Below, one piece after another: positions 36,485 through 46,023 of a DNA stretch of 56,521 nt. Source of the DNA: a virus (taxonomy: Duplodnaviria; Caudoviricetes); IMG/VR virus record IMGVR_UViG_3300020152_000005, positions 1-56,521 of that record; one strand, 5' to 3'. A program made the position numbers and the translations under genes. Numbering within the stretch: the stretch's first letter is position 1; every line of letters starts with the position of its first letter. The notes under the pieces were generated by a model, which was not told where the DNA came from, searched no databases, and saw only the letters and a program-made list of their open reading frames with translations.

Positions 36485-37305
36485 CACTCGAGCTCGAGCT
36501 CGAGCAGCAGCGGCCGGTGCTCGAGGAAGGCCGCGACGTCGTCGAGCACGCTATCGACCTTCCCCGGCTGCGGCATGACCGTGTCGTCAGGCTGCGGTAC
36601 GCCCGCGGCGATGGCAGCCGCACGGTGCGCGAACGGCCGCCGGATCTTGTCGAGCGCCTCGATTGCGCCGCCGGCGGTGATCCGCTCGCCGTTGTGCTGC
36701 CAGACCGCGAACGGTCGACGTCCGGTGCCGCCGCAATCCGTGCACGTCAGGAAGTGCCAGCCGTCGCACTTGCCGGGGATGCCGACGTCGTCGGCCGCCT
36801 CGCAGCTCTCGCGGTGCGCGCGCTTCCACGCGTCGAGCACGTCGCCGCCGGCTTCGATCGCGGCGTCGTAGCTGACCGGCACGACGCCCATGCCCTCGCA
36901 CTGGCCCTTGCAGACGGTCGCCAGCCGCGGCCGCGGCCGCCCGGTCGCGCTGTAGCGATCGACGAATTCGATGCCGTCGCCGCCGAGCTCGACGCGCGGC
37001 TGCTCGCTGAACGCCCTCGGGTGCGCGAGGTCGTCGGTCTTCTCGAGGCCGAGCTTCTCGCCGAGCTCGTCGAGGCTGTTCACCTGCAGCGTCGTGCCGA
37101 GCAGCTCGAGGCCCTCGGCTTCGTCCGGCGTCAGCTCGCGCTTCGGGGCGAGCTCGTCGTCGATCGCTCGGTTCGCGTCGATCAGCTTCTCGGTCCCTTC
37201 CTTCAGGCCCTGCGTCGCGCGACGGATCGCCTCAGCCGCCTCGTGCTGCGGTCCGCGTCCGTGCTCGAGCCTGCTCGTCTCGTACGTCTCGCTCCGGTCG
37301 ATCAT
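36484..37305 (-). CDS. Hypothetical protein with CxxCxGxG-like zinc motifs
   Basis: CKGQCEGMG...CTDCGGTG. Confidence 0.7.
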   Translation of the reverse strand: MIDRSETYETSRLEHGRGPQHEAAEAIRRATQGLKEGTEKLIDANRAIDDELAPKRELTPDEAEGLELLGTTLQVNSLDELGEKLGLEKTDDLAHPRAFSEQPRVELGGDGIEFVDRYSATGRPRPRLATVCKGQCEGMGVVPVSYDAAIEAGGDVLDAWKRAHRESCEAADDVGIPGKCDGWHFLTCTDCGGTGRRPFAVWQHNGERITAGGAIEALDKIRRPFAHRAAAIAAGVPQPDDTVMPQPGKVDSVLDDVAAFLEHRPLLLELELE

Positions 37306-37499
37306 GGTGCCGCTCTCTCGGTTCGGGTGATCTCAGCGCCGCACTTGCAGCGCGTGCCTACCGTGCCGGCCTTCAGTCTCTTGAAGCAGAACGGGCAGCG
37401 CCATGCCACCTGTCGCCCTGTCACGAGGTCTGCGCCCTGCTCGGAATCGTTGCGCCGCAGTATCGGCCGCGGCAGTCCGTGCGTGTTGCTAGTGCCCAT
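37302..37499 (-). CDS. Small zinc-ribbon protein
   Basis: CPFC...CKC. Confidence 0.55.
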   Translation of the reverse strand: MGTSNTHGLPRPILRRNDSEQGADLVTGRQVAWRCPFCFKRLKAGTVGTRCKCGAEITRTERAAP

Positions 37500-37710
37500 C
37501 CGCGTCGCCCTCTCGTCGATCGACTGCTGCCGCGAGCTCGCGTATCGTGCGCGCCTGCCACGCGAGCGCTGCAGCGCAGCTTCTGTCGTAGTCGTCTCGG
37601 TCCCGCTCTTCCGGGTACTTGTGCTTCCTCGGCGGCGGCAGCAGCAGCGCGAGCGTCTGCACTTCCACCATGCGCACCTCGAGCTCGTCGAGGATCTTCT
37701 GCGTGTCCAT
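37489..37710 (-). CDS. Hypothetical protein
   Basis: MDTQKIL start, TGATG overlap. Confidence 0.55.
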   Translation of the reverse strand: MDTQKILDELEVRMVEVQTLALLLPPPRKHKYPEERDRDDYDRSCAAALAWQARTIRELAAAVDRREGDADGH

Positions 37711-38009
37711 CAGCCCTCTTCGCGTAGCAGTTTCGCGATCAGACGTCCGAGCTCGTTGTCGCCGCTCGTCGACGTCGGCTCGCGTAGCTCGAGCACGGCC
37801 TGCCTGAGCCATGCGAGCTCGTCTGGGGTCAGCGCCTCGAGCGCGGCGCGATCGGCCGCGGCGATCCCGGCGTGAAAAGACCGCTCGAGCCGGTTGATCA
37901 GGTACCGCGTCGGGTCGCGGGTGCCGAGCGTGCGCGCCTCGCTGCAGCTCTGCCCTTCCGGGCTCTGCAGCCACTTCCGCCACGCGACGACGATCTCGCG
38001 CCGGGTCAC
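37710..38009 (-). CDS. Hypothetical protein
   Basis: GTGA overlap. Confidence 0.6.
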   Translation of the reverse strand: MTRREIVVAWRKWLQSPEGQSCSEARTLGTRDPTRYLINRLERSFHAGIAAADRAALEALTPDELAWLRQAVLELREPTSTSGDNELGRLIAKLLREEG

Positions 38010-38548
38010 AGCGCCTCGAGCGCCGCGGTGCGCGGCAGGTAGAGCGGGTGCCGCGGGTTGCCGCCGTTCGTCGGCGGGCCGAGCCTCATCGGCCGGAAGC
38101 CGCCGCGCTTCTTCAGCAGCGCGAGCACGTCGCGGCCGCGGAAGTGCAGCGCGCCGCCGGTGCCCCACGCGCAGATGACGGTGCCGTCGCCTCGAGCGGC
38201 CGCGGCGAGGATCTGCTCGTCGTTCCCCGGCCCGATCGGGTCGTCAGCGTCGAGCAGCGCGGTCGGGTCCGTCGAGCGCAGCGCGAAGAGGTTGACGACG
38301 ATCAGGCCGCCGTAGCCGAGCGTCTGCGCGAAGCCGCGGCACCTGCGGATCGTCGGGTCGTCCTGCGACGCGTCCGCGGTGCTCGGGTTCAGCATGCAGA
38401 AAACGGCCGGCACCTTCGACGGGTCCCAGATGCGCTCGAGCGTGTAGCGGTACCGGCCGTCGTCGCTGATCGCGGCCGCCTTCGCCTCGCCGGGCGGCCG
38501 CAGGCTGTCGACGAGCGCGGCCATCAGGTCTAGCTGCTCGCGCGCCAT
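38006..38548 (-). CDS. DUF1643 family protein
   Basis: YRYTLERIW, MLNPSTAD..DDPTIRRC, NLFALRSTDP, AWG, PRHPLY. Confidence 0.9.
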   Translation of the reverse strand: MAREQLDLMAALVDSLRPPGEAKAAAISDDGRYRYTLERIWDPSKVPAVFCMLNPSTADASQDDPTIRRCRGFAQTLGYGGLIVVNLFALRSTDPTALLDADDPIGPGNDEQILAAAARGDGTVICAWGTGGALHFRGRDVLALLKKRGGFRPMRLGPPTNGGNPRHPLYLPRTAALEAL

Positions 38549-38796
38549 CAGACGCCGACGCGCTCGAGCAGGACGTCGACGCGCTCTGCCGGCGATCCGT
38601 CGCGGTCGCTGACGCGCACGTAGTCGAGCAGGTGATCGCGCACGCTCTGCTCGCGGTCGGCCGGGTCGCTCGGCAGGTTCTCCGGGTCGGCGTCGAGGAT
38701 CAGCTGCGTAGCCTCGTCGTAGATCGCGTCTTCCTGCGCCGTCAGCTCGTCGAGCCGGGTGTAGAGCTCGATCAGGCGTGCTCTCGGGTTGCTCAT
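38548..38796 (-). CDS. Hypothetical acidic protein
   Basis: Coupled ORF. Confidence 0.6.
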   Translation of the reverse strand: MSNPRARLIELYTRLDELTAQEDAIYDEATQLILDADPENLPSDPADREQSVRDHLLDYVRVSDRDGSPAERVDVLLERVGV

Positions 38797-39059
38797 TCGT
38801 CGTCTAGCTCCGGTGTCGGGTTCTCGCCGGCGTCGCAAAGCGCCCACGCGATCGCGCTGCGCTCGCGCCTCGAGCGGCCGAGGTAGCGTGCGATCGCGCC
38901 AGCCTCAGACGCCTTCAGGTGCCGGTCGCCGTTCTCTGTCTCAGTGATCCGCGGTCGCGCGAGCCCGATCGCGTCGCCGAGCTCTTCCTGCGTCAGTCCG
39001 TGTTCCTCGCGTAGCTCGCGCAGCGCGCGACCGATCGCCCGCCTCGTCGACCTGTTCAT
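38793..39059 (-). CDS. XRE-family HTH regulator
   Basis: LRELREEHGLTQEELGDAIGLARPRITETENG. Confidence 0.9.
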   Translation of the reverse strand: MNRSTRRAIGRALRELREEHGLTQEELGDAIGLARPRITETENGDRHLKASEAGAIARYLGRSRRERSAIAWALCDAGENPTPELDDE

Positions 39060-39367
39060 GAGATCCGCACCCATGCGCGGTAGTGCCCGCACCGCGGGCA
39101 GGGTTCGTCGCTCGGTCGGTTCTTCGCCTCGAAAACGCGGCCGCAATCGAAGCAGTAGCCGCTTTCCGGCCCGGCCTCGACGATCGCCTCGATCTGACCG
39201 ACCGCGCTCTGGGCCTCGTCGGCGGTGCGCACGATCGACCGGATCGCCTCGAGCGCGTTCTGCCGGTGCCTCAGCGCGCGAGCGTCGGCCTGCAGTCGCT
39301 CGCGGTACTCGACGAGCGCGTTGTTGATCCGCCGCGCGCTCGAGGCTGCTTCGCTCGTGTTGCTCAT
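39056..39367 (-). CDS. Coiled coil plus zinc-ribbon protein
   Basis: CFDC...CPRC. Confidence 0.7.
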   Translation of the reverse strand: MSNTSEAASSARRINNALVEYRERLQADARALRHRQNALEAIRSIVRTADEAQSAVGQIEAIVEAGPESGYCFDCGRVFEAKNRPSDEPCPRCGHYRAWVRIS

Positions 39368-39576
39368 GCTCCCTCGTCGTCTTTCGGCCGCAGGCCGAGG
39401 TGAAAGCGTCCGGCCTTCTGCGGGCAGGGCCAGAGCTCGTACTTACGCGTCGCCGAGCTGCGCAGCAGCCGCGCGTGAATCCGCGTCGCGACGTCTTCGG
39501 GCAGCGCGAGCTTGCCGCACGGCTCGCAACGCGTGCCGATCATCTTCGTGCCCTTCTTCCGCCGCTTGCCGCTCAT
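39364..39576 (-). CDS. Small Cys/His protein
   Basis: CEPCGK...WPCP..FHL. Confidence 0.65.
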   Translation of the reverse strand: MSGKRRKKGTKMIGTRCEPCGKLALPEDVATRIHARLLRSSATRKYELWPCPQKAGRFHLGLRPKDDEGA

Positions 39577-40631
39577 CCGTGCCTGCCGCCGCGCAGCCCT
39601 CGAGGCTTCTCGGCGAGCCAGCGCGCCTGCAGCTCTACGCGATCGGGTCGCGTCTCGGCGGGCCAGATCGGCACGCCGCACGCCTGCGGCTCATTCGGGT
39701 CGGCCGGGTAGAGGAAGAGCGCCTGCGTCGGCTTCAGGTGCTCGAGCTGGCGCACGTTCTCGATCCGGCTAATGCGGCGATCGCGTGACCAGTCGAGGTG
39801 CGCGAGCACCGGCCCGCTGAGCTCGTAGCCGCCGCGGTTGTACGGTGGCTCTGCCGGCTTCGGTGCAGGCTGGCACCGCGGGCAGGCCATCGCAATAAAC
39901 GGCACCGGCAGGATCTTGCGCCCGCTCGGCGTGATCCAGTTGCGCTCGGTCGCGTTCTTCACGTCGACGCCGGGGCGACGCGGCCCCTCGCATCCGTCCT
40001 CGAGCAGGAAAGTGAGCTCGAAGCCGCACGACGGCTGCACCGGCGGCGGCGCGGGCTCTTCCGGCGCAGGCTTCCGCACCTCTCGCTGCTCGCCGGTGCA
40101 GCGGTAGACCATCTCGTAGTAGAACGTGCGGACGTCCGCGCCTTCCGGCAGCGCCGGCGCGCGCAGGCCGAGCAGGTCGTAGCGCACCTTCTGCAGGAAC
40201 GCCTCGAGCAGCGCGTAGTGCGTGCCGATCGCGGCGTGCTCGATCCGCTCGCCGACGCTGTTCCTGCAGGCGTGAATGAGCACGTCGAGCTCGGTCAGTA
40301 GACGCTGCTGCTGCCGCAGGTCGGTGCGCTGCGTAACCGTGTCGAGGCTGTCGGGCATCCTCATCGGCCGGCTCGCGAAGTAGCAGCAGCCCGGACCGTC
40401 GACCTTCGAGACTGCGCTCAGGTTCGTGCCCTGCGGGTACGCCTGCGCGAGCTCGCTCATAAACATCTGCGTCAGCATGACGGTCGCGAGGATGCCGTTC
40501 ACGTCGGGATCGGCCGCGACGCGCCGCTGCCAGTGCTGCTGACACCAAAGCTCGAGCGGCTGCCCCTGCTGACCGTCGATCATCGGTCCCTTCTTCTCGC
40601 GCTCAGCGCGCCTTCTGTCTCTCCGGTTCAC
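39573..40631 (-). CDS. Hypothetical Cys-rich protein
   Basis: About 352 aa, GTGA overlap, NRRDRR start. Confidence 0.7.
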   Translation of the reverse strand: MNRRDRRRAEREKKGPMIDGQQGQPLELWCQQHWQRRVAADPDVNGILATVMLTQMFMSELAQAYPQGTNLSAVSKVDGPGCCYFASRPMRMPDSLDTVTQRTDLRQQQRLLTELDVLIHACRNSVGERIEHAAIGTHYALLEAFLQKVRYDLLGLRAPALPEGADVRTFYYEMVYRCTGEQREVRKPAPEEPAPPPVQPSCGFELTFLLEDGCEGPRRPGVDVKNATERNWITPSGRKILPVPFIAMACPRCQPAPKPAEPPYNRGGYELSGPVLAHLDWSRDRRISRIENVRQLEHLKPTQALFLYPADPNEPQACGVPIWPAETRPDRVELQARWLAEKPRGLRGGRHG

Positions 40632-41125
40632 GGTGCTCTCATCCTCAGTGTGCGCTGGCGGTCTTTCGCGGCGCGGACGCGCTCGCGGACCTGCGCAGCG
40701 GTTCGTTCGTCGAGCGTGAAGAGGCCCTGCCTGCCGCGACACCATACGGGCTCGATCAGGACCGCGTCGCTCATCCGCCAGCCGAAGCGGCCGGGCTCAA
40801 AGTTGCCGAAGGCGCGTTCGCGCTTCGTCAGCAACGCCCTGCTCTTCATCAGTACCTCGGTCGGGTCTACGCGCTCGAGGAACGCGTAGCCGACGATCGA
40901 GCCACGGTGCAGCTGCAGCGGCGGACGCCCGCCGGCGTTCAGCAGCAGCAGCGTGCTGTAGAACGGTTCCGTCCGGGTCAGCGCCTCGAGCTCGCCGTCC
41001 CACTTTTGCGCGGCGTGAATCGCGATCGGCCCGCGGTGATACGTCTGCCAGCCTCGCGTTTCGTATTCCTTCATGCCGCTCGCGAGCAACGTCGCCCACG
41101 GCTGCCAGAGGCTGAGCGCTTTCAT
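40628..41125 (-). CDS. ASCH domain protein
   Basis: ALSLWQPWATL...GMKEYETRGW..HRGPIAIHAA...RGRQGLF. Confidence 0.92.
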   Translation of the reverse strand: MKALSLWQPWATLLASGMKEYETRGWQTYHRGPIAIHAAQKWDGELEALTRTEPFYSTLLLLNAGGRPPLQLHRGSIVGYAFLERVDPTEVLMKSRALLTKRERAFGNFEPGRFGWRMSDAVLIEPVWCRGRQGLFTLDERTAAQVRERVRAAKDRQRTLRMRAP

Positions 41126-41316
41126 CCGCGCGTCTCGGTCGCGAGCATGTTCTCGTACTTACGCGTCACGTCGAGCGGGTTCTCGGTCGTCACCTTATAC
41201 GGCAACTGCAGCGCTCGAGCGCCAGCGACGAGCACGAGCACGTCGTCGTCGTCGTGCACGAGCCACTGCTGCTTCTTGCCGTCTGCCTGCGTGATCTCAA
41301 CGGTCGTCGTGCTCAT
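41122..41316 (-). CDS. Hypothetical protein
   Basis: 64 aa, coupled. Confidence 0.55.
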   Translation of the reverse strand: MSTTTVEITQADGKKQQWLVHDDDDVLVLVAGARALQLPYKVTTENPLDVTRKYENMLATETRG

Positions 41317-41756
41317 CAGTCCGTCTCCCATCGAAGTTTGTTCTGCAGCGGGTGCGCGTCGACGCGCGGCCGCGTTGCCGTGTCCCAGCTCCTGCCCTTC
41401 ACCTCGCCGACGATCCGCCAGCCTGCAGCGCGCAGCGACGTGCCGGGCTCGCTGGCGAGCGTGTACGTGATGCACTTCCGGTAGCCCATCGCCTTCGCCG
41501 CCCGCCACGCCGCGCCGTAGAGCATGCTGCAGGCGTTCCTCGAGCCGTCCGTCGCGACGCGCGTCACTTCGGCCGTAAAGCCGTCGTCGAGGCCCCGCGC
41601 GACCGGCCTGCCGACGACGGCCACGCCGACGAGCTCGCTGCCGCGCGCGACGCCGATCGCGAATTTGCCGCCGCGGCTCGGCTTGTGGTGCCGGTGCAGC
41701 CGTTCGATAAACGCGTGCGCGTCGCGCAGCGTGACCGGCACGAGCTCGAGGCTCAT
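41316..41756 (-). CDS. XF1762-family protein (Mom-like GNAT fold)
   Basis: HRHHKP, GVAVVGRPVAR..DDG..EVTR, NACSMLYGA, ITYTLASEPGTSLRAAGW. Confidence 0.8.
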   Translation of the reverse strand: MSLELVPVTLRDAHAFIERLHRHHKPSRGGKFAIGVARGSELVGVAVVGRPVARGLDDGFTAEVTRVATDGSRNACSMLYGAAWRAAKAMGYRKCITYTLASEPGTSLRAAGWRIVGEVKGRSWDTATRPRVDAHPLQNKLRWETD

Positions 41757-42676
41757 CCGTGCTCGCCTGCGAAGAGCGTCAGCGTACCGCCGCGCGCGGC
41801 CGCGGTCGGGCTGATCCAGAGCACCTCGGTACGCCACGGCCCCGCGACGCTGTCCGACGACTGCCGGCGCGCGTCTGCGTACGCCTTCCTCGTGACGCGC
41901 TTCCAGTCGGGGTAGAGCTCTTCGTCGTAGAGCTCGCTCGCGTAGCCTGAGATGACGACCGCCGCCTCTGTCGATCGAGCCCACGCCGCGAGCTCGCGGT
42001 GATCGTCGTCGCTCATCTCGTGACGGTAGCCGTTGCGGTCCGCTGAGGTGCGCGTCGAATGCACGTACGGCGGATCGAGGTAGAAGAGCGTGTCGGGCTT
42101 GTCGAAGAGCCTGATGACGTCGAGCGCCGGCCTGCACTCGATCGCGACGCCGCGAAGGCGAGCCACGAAAGCCGGCACCTGCTCAGGCCACTTCGACCAG
42201 TCGCGCGCCGGGTGCGCGCCGTTCTGATTCCGGTTCAGGCGGAAGCCGGTCGTGCCCGCGTGCTTCTCGCGATTCGTCGAGACGGCCAGCCGCATGCCAC
42301 GCGGGCCGGGCCGGTGCACCGCGTCTGAGCCGAATCCCATGTACGCCTTGACGAGCGTCCTGCGCGCCTGTTCGACCGGGTCCGGGCTCGGCTCGAATGC
42401 GAGCTCGAGCTCGCGCCGCGCGAACGGCGTCAGCTCGAGCAGCTCGCGCAGCTGCGCCGCTGTCGTCGGATCGCGCAGCACGCGGAAGAAGGCGACGATC
42501 TCTTCGTCGACGTCGTTGTAGACCTCGGCGAAGCTGCGCGGCTTCTGCAGCAGAACGGACGCCGCGCCGCCGTACGGCTCGACGTAGATCCGGTGCGGCG
42601 GGAAGTGCGCGGCGATCCAGTCAGCCGCGCGAAACTTCCCGCCGTGATACCTGAGCGCCGGTCGCGTCGGCTTCAT
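41753..42676 (-). CDS. D12-class (Dam-like) DNA adenine methyltransferase
   Basis: YHGGK, YVEPYGGAASV, EVYND, FYLDPPY, ISGY, TEVLW. Confidence 0.93.
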   Translation of the reverse strand: MKPTRPALRYHGGKFRAADWIAAHFPPHRIYVEPYGGAASVLLQKPRSFAEVYNDVDEEIVAFFRVLRDPTTAAQLRELLELTPFARRELELAFEPSPDPVEQARRTLVKAYMGFGSDAVHRPGPRGMRLAVSTNREKHAGTTGFRLNRNQNGAHPARDWSKWPEQVPAFVARLRGVAIECRPALDVIRLFDKPDTLFYLDPPYVHSTRTSADRNGYRHEMSDDDHRELAAWARSTEAAVVISGYASELYDEELYPDWKRVTRKAYADARRQSSDSVAGPWRTEVLWISPTAAARGGTLTLFAGEHG

Positions 42677-43563
42677 CAGTCGACGTCGATCAGCGGGTCG
42701 GTCCGCTCGTCGAGCGCCGGCGGGTTGCCGGGGTCGCCGTCGCCCTGCGCCTGCGCCGGGAACGTGCGGCCGCGATCGCGCGCCTGCGCCTCGTGCAGCT
42801 TCACCATCGCGCGCTTCACGGCCGGGTTGTCGCCTTCCTCGAGGCCGTGCTCCTGCAGGTGCTTCCGCCGGCGCTCGATCCGGTCGATCTCGGCCGCGAC
42901 CATCGCGCCGGCCTTCTGCAGGTTCCTGAGCGGGTCGTCGCTCGGCTTCCACCAATCGAGGCCCCACGCGCTCGGCCAGAGCTCGGCGACCATGCCCTGC
43001 AGTCGGGTCGTGTCCTCGAGGCCCAGACGTCCGCCGACGCGCTCCTGCTCGCGCGCGAAAGCCACGTACGCGGCCGCGGCCGCGGCGAGCTCGCCGTTCT
43101 CGTGCAGGTCGTCGTGCTCAGGCGTCCAGCCTTCCTCGGTCAGCTGCCGCGAGCGTTCCTGCGCGATCGCCACGACGCCCGGCCGCAGCGCGTCCGGCAT
43201 GAGCTCGAGGATGCAGTGCTCGCGCACGTGACCCTCGAGGCTGCGCAGCGCCTGCAGCGTCAGGGCCGGCTCGAGCGCGTTCAGCAGAAGCTCGCACTCC
43301 TGCCGCGTCCGCGCGTTCAGGATGCGCGCGCGGATCTGCTCGGCGGTCGCGTTCGGCGGCAGGTCGTCGACGAGCTCGAGCTGCCGATCGTCGCGCTTGA
43401 GCGGCACCGGCGGCGGCTCGGCCGCGCGGCGCTGCTCGTCGAGCACCTGCAGCGTGATCGTCTTCGCTCGGAATTCGACCGCCTCGAGGATCGCGGCGGC
43501 GATCTGCTCGGCGTTCGCGCGCGGGTTGTCGAGCGCCGCGATCATTCTCTGTCTCGGGTCCAT
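42676..43563 (-). CDS. Conserved phage protein
   Basis: ERxRQ..EGWTPEHDD..GELA.AA..Y...WWKP..RNL.KAGA...AEI.R pattern. Confidence 0.75.
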   Translation of the reverse strand: MDPRQRMIAALDNPRANAEQIAAAILEAVEFRAKTITLQVLDEQRRAAEPPPVPLKRDDRQLELVDDLPPNATAEQIRARILNARTRQECELLLNALEPALTLQALRSLEGHVREHCILELMPDALRPGVVAIAQERSRQLTEEGWTPEHDDLHENGELAAAAAAYVAFAREQERVGGRLGLEDTTRLQGMVAELWPSAWGLDWWKPSDDPLRNLQKAGAMVAAEIDRIERRRKHLQEHGLEEGDNPAVKRAMVKLHEAQARDRGRTFPAQAQGDGDPGNPPALDERTDPLIDVD

Positions 43564-43572
43564 GTTTTCCTC

Positions 43573-45009
43573 TCAGCCGCCGAAGGAAGCGTCGGCACTC
43601 GGCCCGGCCGCGATCGGCTCGAGCGGTGCGATCGGTGTAGAGCTCGCGAGCGCGTAGACCTCGGCGTCGTGCCCCGGACCGTCGTCGAGCAGGCGCAGGG
43701 GCATGACGAGCGCGTAGTGCAGATCCTGCGGCGCGTCCGTCTCAGTGATCTGCGGCTCGAGGCGAATCGCGCGCTCCGGTGTCGTCGCCTGCAGTCGCAC
43801 GCGCGGCGTCGGCAGCAGCCGCAGCAGCGCGCTGATGTACGTCAGGTTCAGGCCGAAGACGATCGGGTTGCCCTCGCGCTCGCACTCGATCGACGACGTC
43901 GCCGCAGCCTCGAAGCTCGAGCACGCGAGCACGATGCGCTTCTCTTCAATCCTGACCGCTGTCCGGTACGTGTTGTCGTTCGCCGCCGGCGCGATCTGGC
44001 GCAGCCGCTCGAGCGCTGCCTGCTTATCGAAGTAGACGACCGACGCTTCACTGCTCGGCAGGTTCTTCGGCAGCACCTGCTCGTATGCCGGGTACGGTCC
44101 CTCGATCGCGTCGCACGAGATCGACGCGCCCGGTCCGTCGATCCTGATCCGCGGCCGCGCGCGCGTCAGCACCTCGCGCTCGATCTGCGGCGGCTGCGCC
44201 TCGCCGGGCTGCCCTTCCTTCGGCGGCACCTTCGTACGCGGCAGCGGCTCCCTATCGCTCGGGCTCGCGTAGAAGCGCAGCGGCGTGCCCGGCTCGCGCC
44301 AGATGGAGAGCGCCGCCTTGATCAGGTCCGGCGGTACAATGAGCTCCTGCTGCTCGGGTACGCTCAGGTCGGCCGTCTCGACGAGATAGAGCCGGTGCCC
44401 ATTCGTGCCGCAGATCGCCGCGAGCCCGACGCCGGTGCGCTTCAGGCAGACGCCGTTCAGGATCGGCCGGCTGATCTCATCGCTCGCGCACGAGATCGGC
44501 CCGGCGAAGACCTGCGCGAGGCGGTTGCGCGAGATCCGGGTATCGATGCCGCCTTTCTCCGGTACCGTCGCCGTCCACTTCTCGTACTGCTCGGCGACGT
44601 CCTGCCCCGCTGTCATCTCGGCGAGCGCGATCGCGGACGTCGAGCTGCGCAGCACGAGGAACGGCCGGTGCTCGCTCGTGCCGAGCTTCAGGTCGCCGCG
44701 CTCGAGCTCGAGCTCGTCGTCGCTCTGGCTCTTCACTGCTGCCTCGAGCTCGGCGAGGCCGATCAGCGCGCGGCCCGGCGTCGTCGTCTTGACCGTGTCG
44801 AGCTCGACGCTGATGCCGGCGCACCACCTGCCGAGGTTGAAGCCGCGCAGCTCGAGGTATTCCCTGTCGCCGGTCGCGGTCGCGCGTACGCGCGTCGTGA
44901 CCTGCAGCGTGCGCTCCATCGGCAGCGTCAGCCGAGCCGGTGTCTTGATCAGCGTGCGAAGCTGCCGCAGCGCCTCGCGTAGCGCTTTCCTGTTGACGGT
45001 GATCTGCAT
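43573..45009 (-). CDS. dnaN: DNA polymerase III beta sliding clamp homolog
   Basis: SRPILNGV, GTNGHRL, IEGPYPAYEQVLP, FGLNLTYI, LVMPLRL. Confidence 0.9.
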   Translation of the reverse strand: MQITVNRKALREALRQLRTLIKTPARLTLPMERTLQVTTRVRATATGDREYLELRGFNLGRWCAGISVELDTVKTTTPGRALIGLAELEAAVKSQSDDELELERGDLKLGTSEHRPFLVLRSSTSAIALAEMTAGQDVAEQYEKWTATVPEKGGIDTRISRNRLAQVFAGPISCASDEISRPILNGVCLKRTGVGLAAICGTNGHRLYLVETADLSVPEQQELIVPPDLIKAALSIWREPGTPLRFYASPSDREPLPRTKVPPKEGQPGEAQPPQIEREVLTRARPRIRIDGPGASISCDAIEGPYPAYEQVLPKNLPSSEASVVYFDKQAALERLRQIAPAANDNTYRTAVRIEEKRIVLACSSFEAAATSSIECEREGNPIVFGLNLTYISALLRLLPTPRVRLQATTPERAIRLEPQITETDAPQDLHYALVMPLRLLDDGPGHDAEVYALASSTPIAPLEPIAAGPSADASFGG

Positions 45010-45033
45010 TGCGTGCTCTCTCGTGCTCTCGGG

Positions 45034-45321
45034 TTAGTGCTTCGGTACGTGCGGGTAGTCGGCTGCAACCGGGAATCGCAGCATGCCTTCGACCGGCAGC
45101 CAGCGGCCGCGGCGAGCCCAACGCTTGCGCGTCGGGTCCCAGAGCGTGACGAATCCCTCAGTGCCTCGCCACGTGCGCACGGTGCTGCCTGCGCCGGCGT
45201 GTCTGACCGCGGCGAGCCGCGGCGGTGTCACGACGACGCCCCAGACGCCGCTGCGTCGCTTCGGGATCGTGACGATGACAAGCTGCTGATCGTTCAGCGC
45301 CTCGAATTCCTTTCGCGTCAT
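45034..45321 (-). CDS. Hypothetical protein
   Basis: 95 aa, GGAGAG RBS. Confidence 0.6.
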   Translation of the reverse strand: MTRKEFEALNDQQLVIVTIPKRRSGVWGVVVTPPRLAAVRHAGAGSTVRTWRGTEGFVTLWDPTRKRWARRGRWLPVEGMLRFPVAADYPHVPKH

Positions 45322-45497
45322 GTTCTCTCCGGTTGAATGCTCAGCCAGCCGACGTCGCGAGCGTCGCCGACCGGCAACGGCTGCTGCTCGAGCCGAGCGC
45401 GCAGCTGCTCGCGCGCGACGCCCGCAAGCTGCTCGCGCCCTTCCTTCGTCGACGGCTCTTCGTGCGTGTGCAGCGTGACGATCAGCTCTACGCGCAT
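45318..45497 (-). CDS. Hypothetical protein
   Basis: 59 aa, overlaps at both ends. Confidence 0.5.
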   Translation of the reverse strand: MRVELIVTLHTHEEPSTKEGREQLAGVAREQLRARLEQQPLPVGDARDVGWLSIQPERT

Positions 45498-45754
45498 CAG
45501 GCTTCCACCTTCGCCGGCTGCTTCAGTCGAAAGAGCCAGAGCCCGCCGGCAAACTGCTCGCTCTCGTGCTCGATCCCCTGCGCCTTCAGGTCGTGCAGCC
45601 GCGCGCTGTAGCGCCAGCCGCCGAGCTCCTGCAGGACGGTGCTCGGGACCCATCCGTCTTTGATCTCGTGAATGACGCCCTTCACGCGCACGCGGTACGT
45701 GCGGCCGCGCGCCGCGCGCTTGAGCTCGAGGTGAATCCGCTCGGCCTTCGTCAT
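45497..45754 (-). CDS. Winged-helix-like protein
   Basis: GGWRYSARLHDLKAQG. Confidence 0.65.
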   Translation of the reverse strand: MTKAERIHLELKRAARGRTYRVRVKGVIHEIKDGWVPSTVLQELGGWRYSARLHDLKAQGIEHESEQFAGGLWLFRLKQPAKVEA

Positions 45755-46023
45755 CGATTCTCCGGGTTCGCGTTGCCCTCTGCGCGCCGCGCCTCGAGCT
45801 CGGCCTGACGCGCGCGTTCCTTCGGTAGCTCTGCCTGCCACGCCTCGAGGTGCGCACGCGTCGCGCGGTCGATCCTGATCCGCGCCGCGAGCCTGCTGTC
45901 GAGGTTGTTCGCCGGGTACGGCTGCTCGAGCAGCTGCGCGTACGCTCGCGTCGCCTGCTGGAATTCCCAGAGCGTCGTATCCGGGTGCGGCGGTGCCGGC
46001 TTCGCCGGCGTGCGCTTCTTCAT
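45751..46023 (-). CDS. Hypothetical protein
   Basis: 90 aa, coupled. Confidence 0.6.
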   Translation of the reverse strand: MKKRTPAKPAPPHPDTTLWEFQQATRAYAQLLEQPYPANNLDSRLAARIRIDRATRAHLEAWQAELPKERARQAELEARRAEGNANPENR

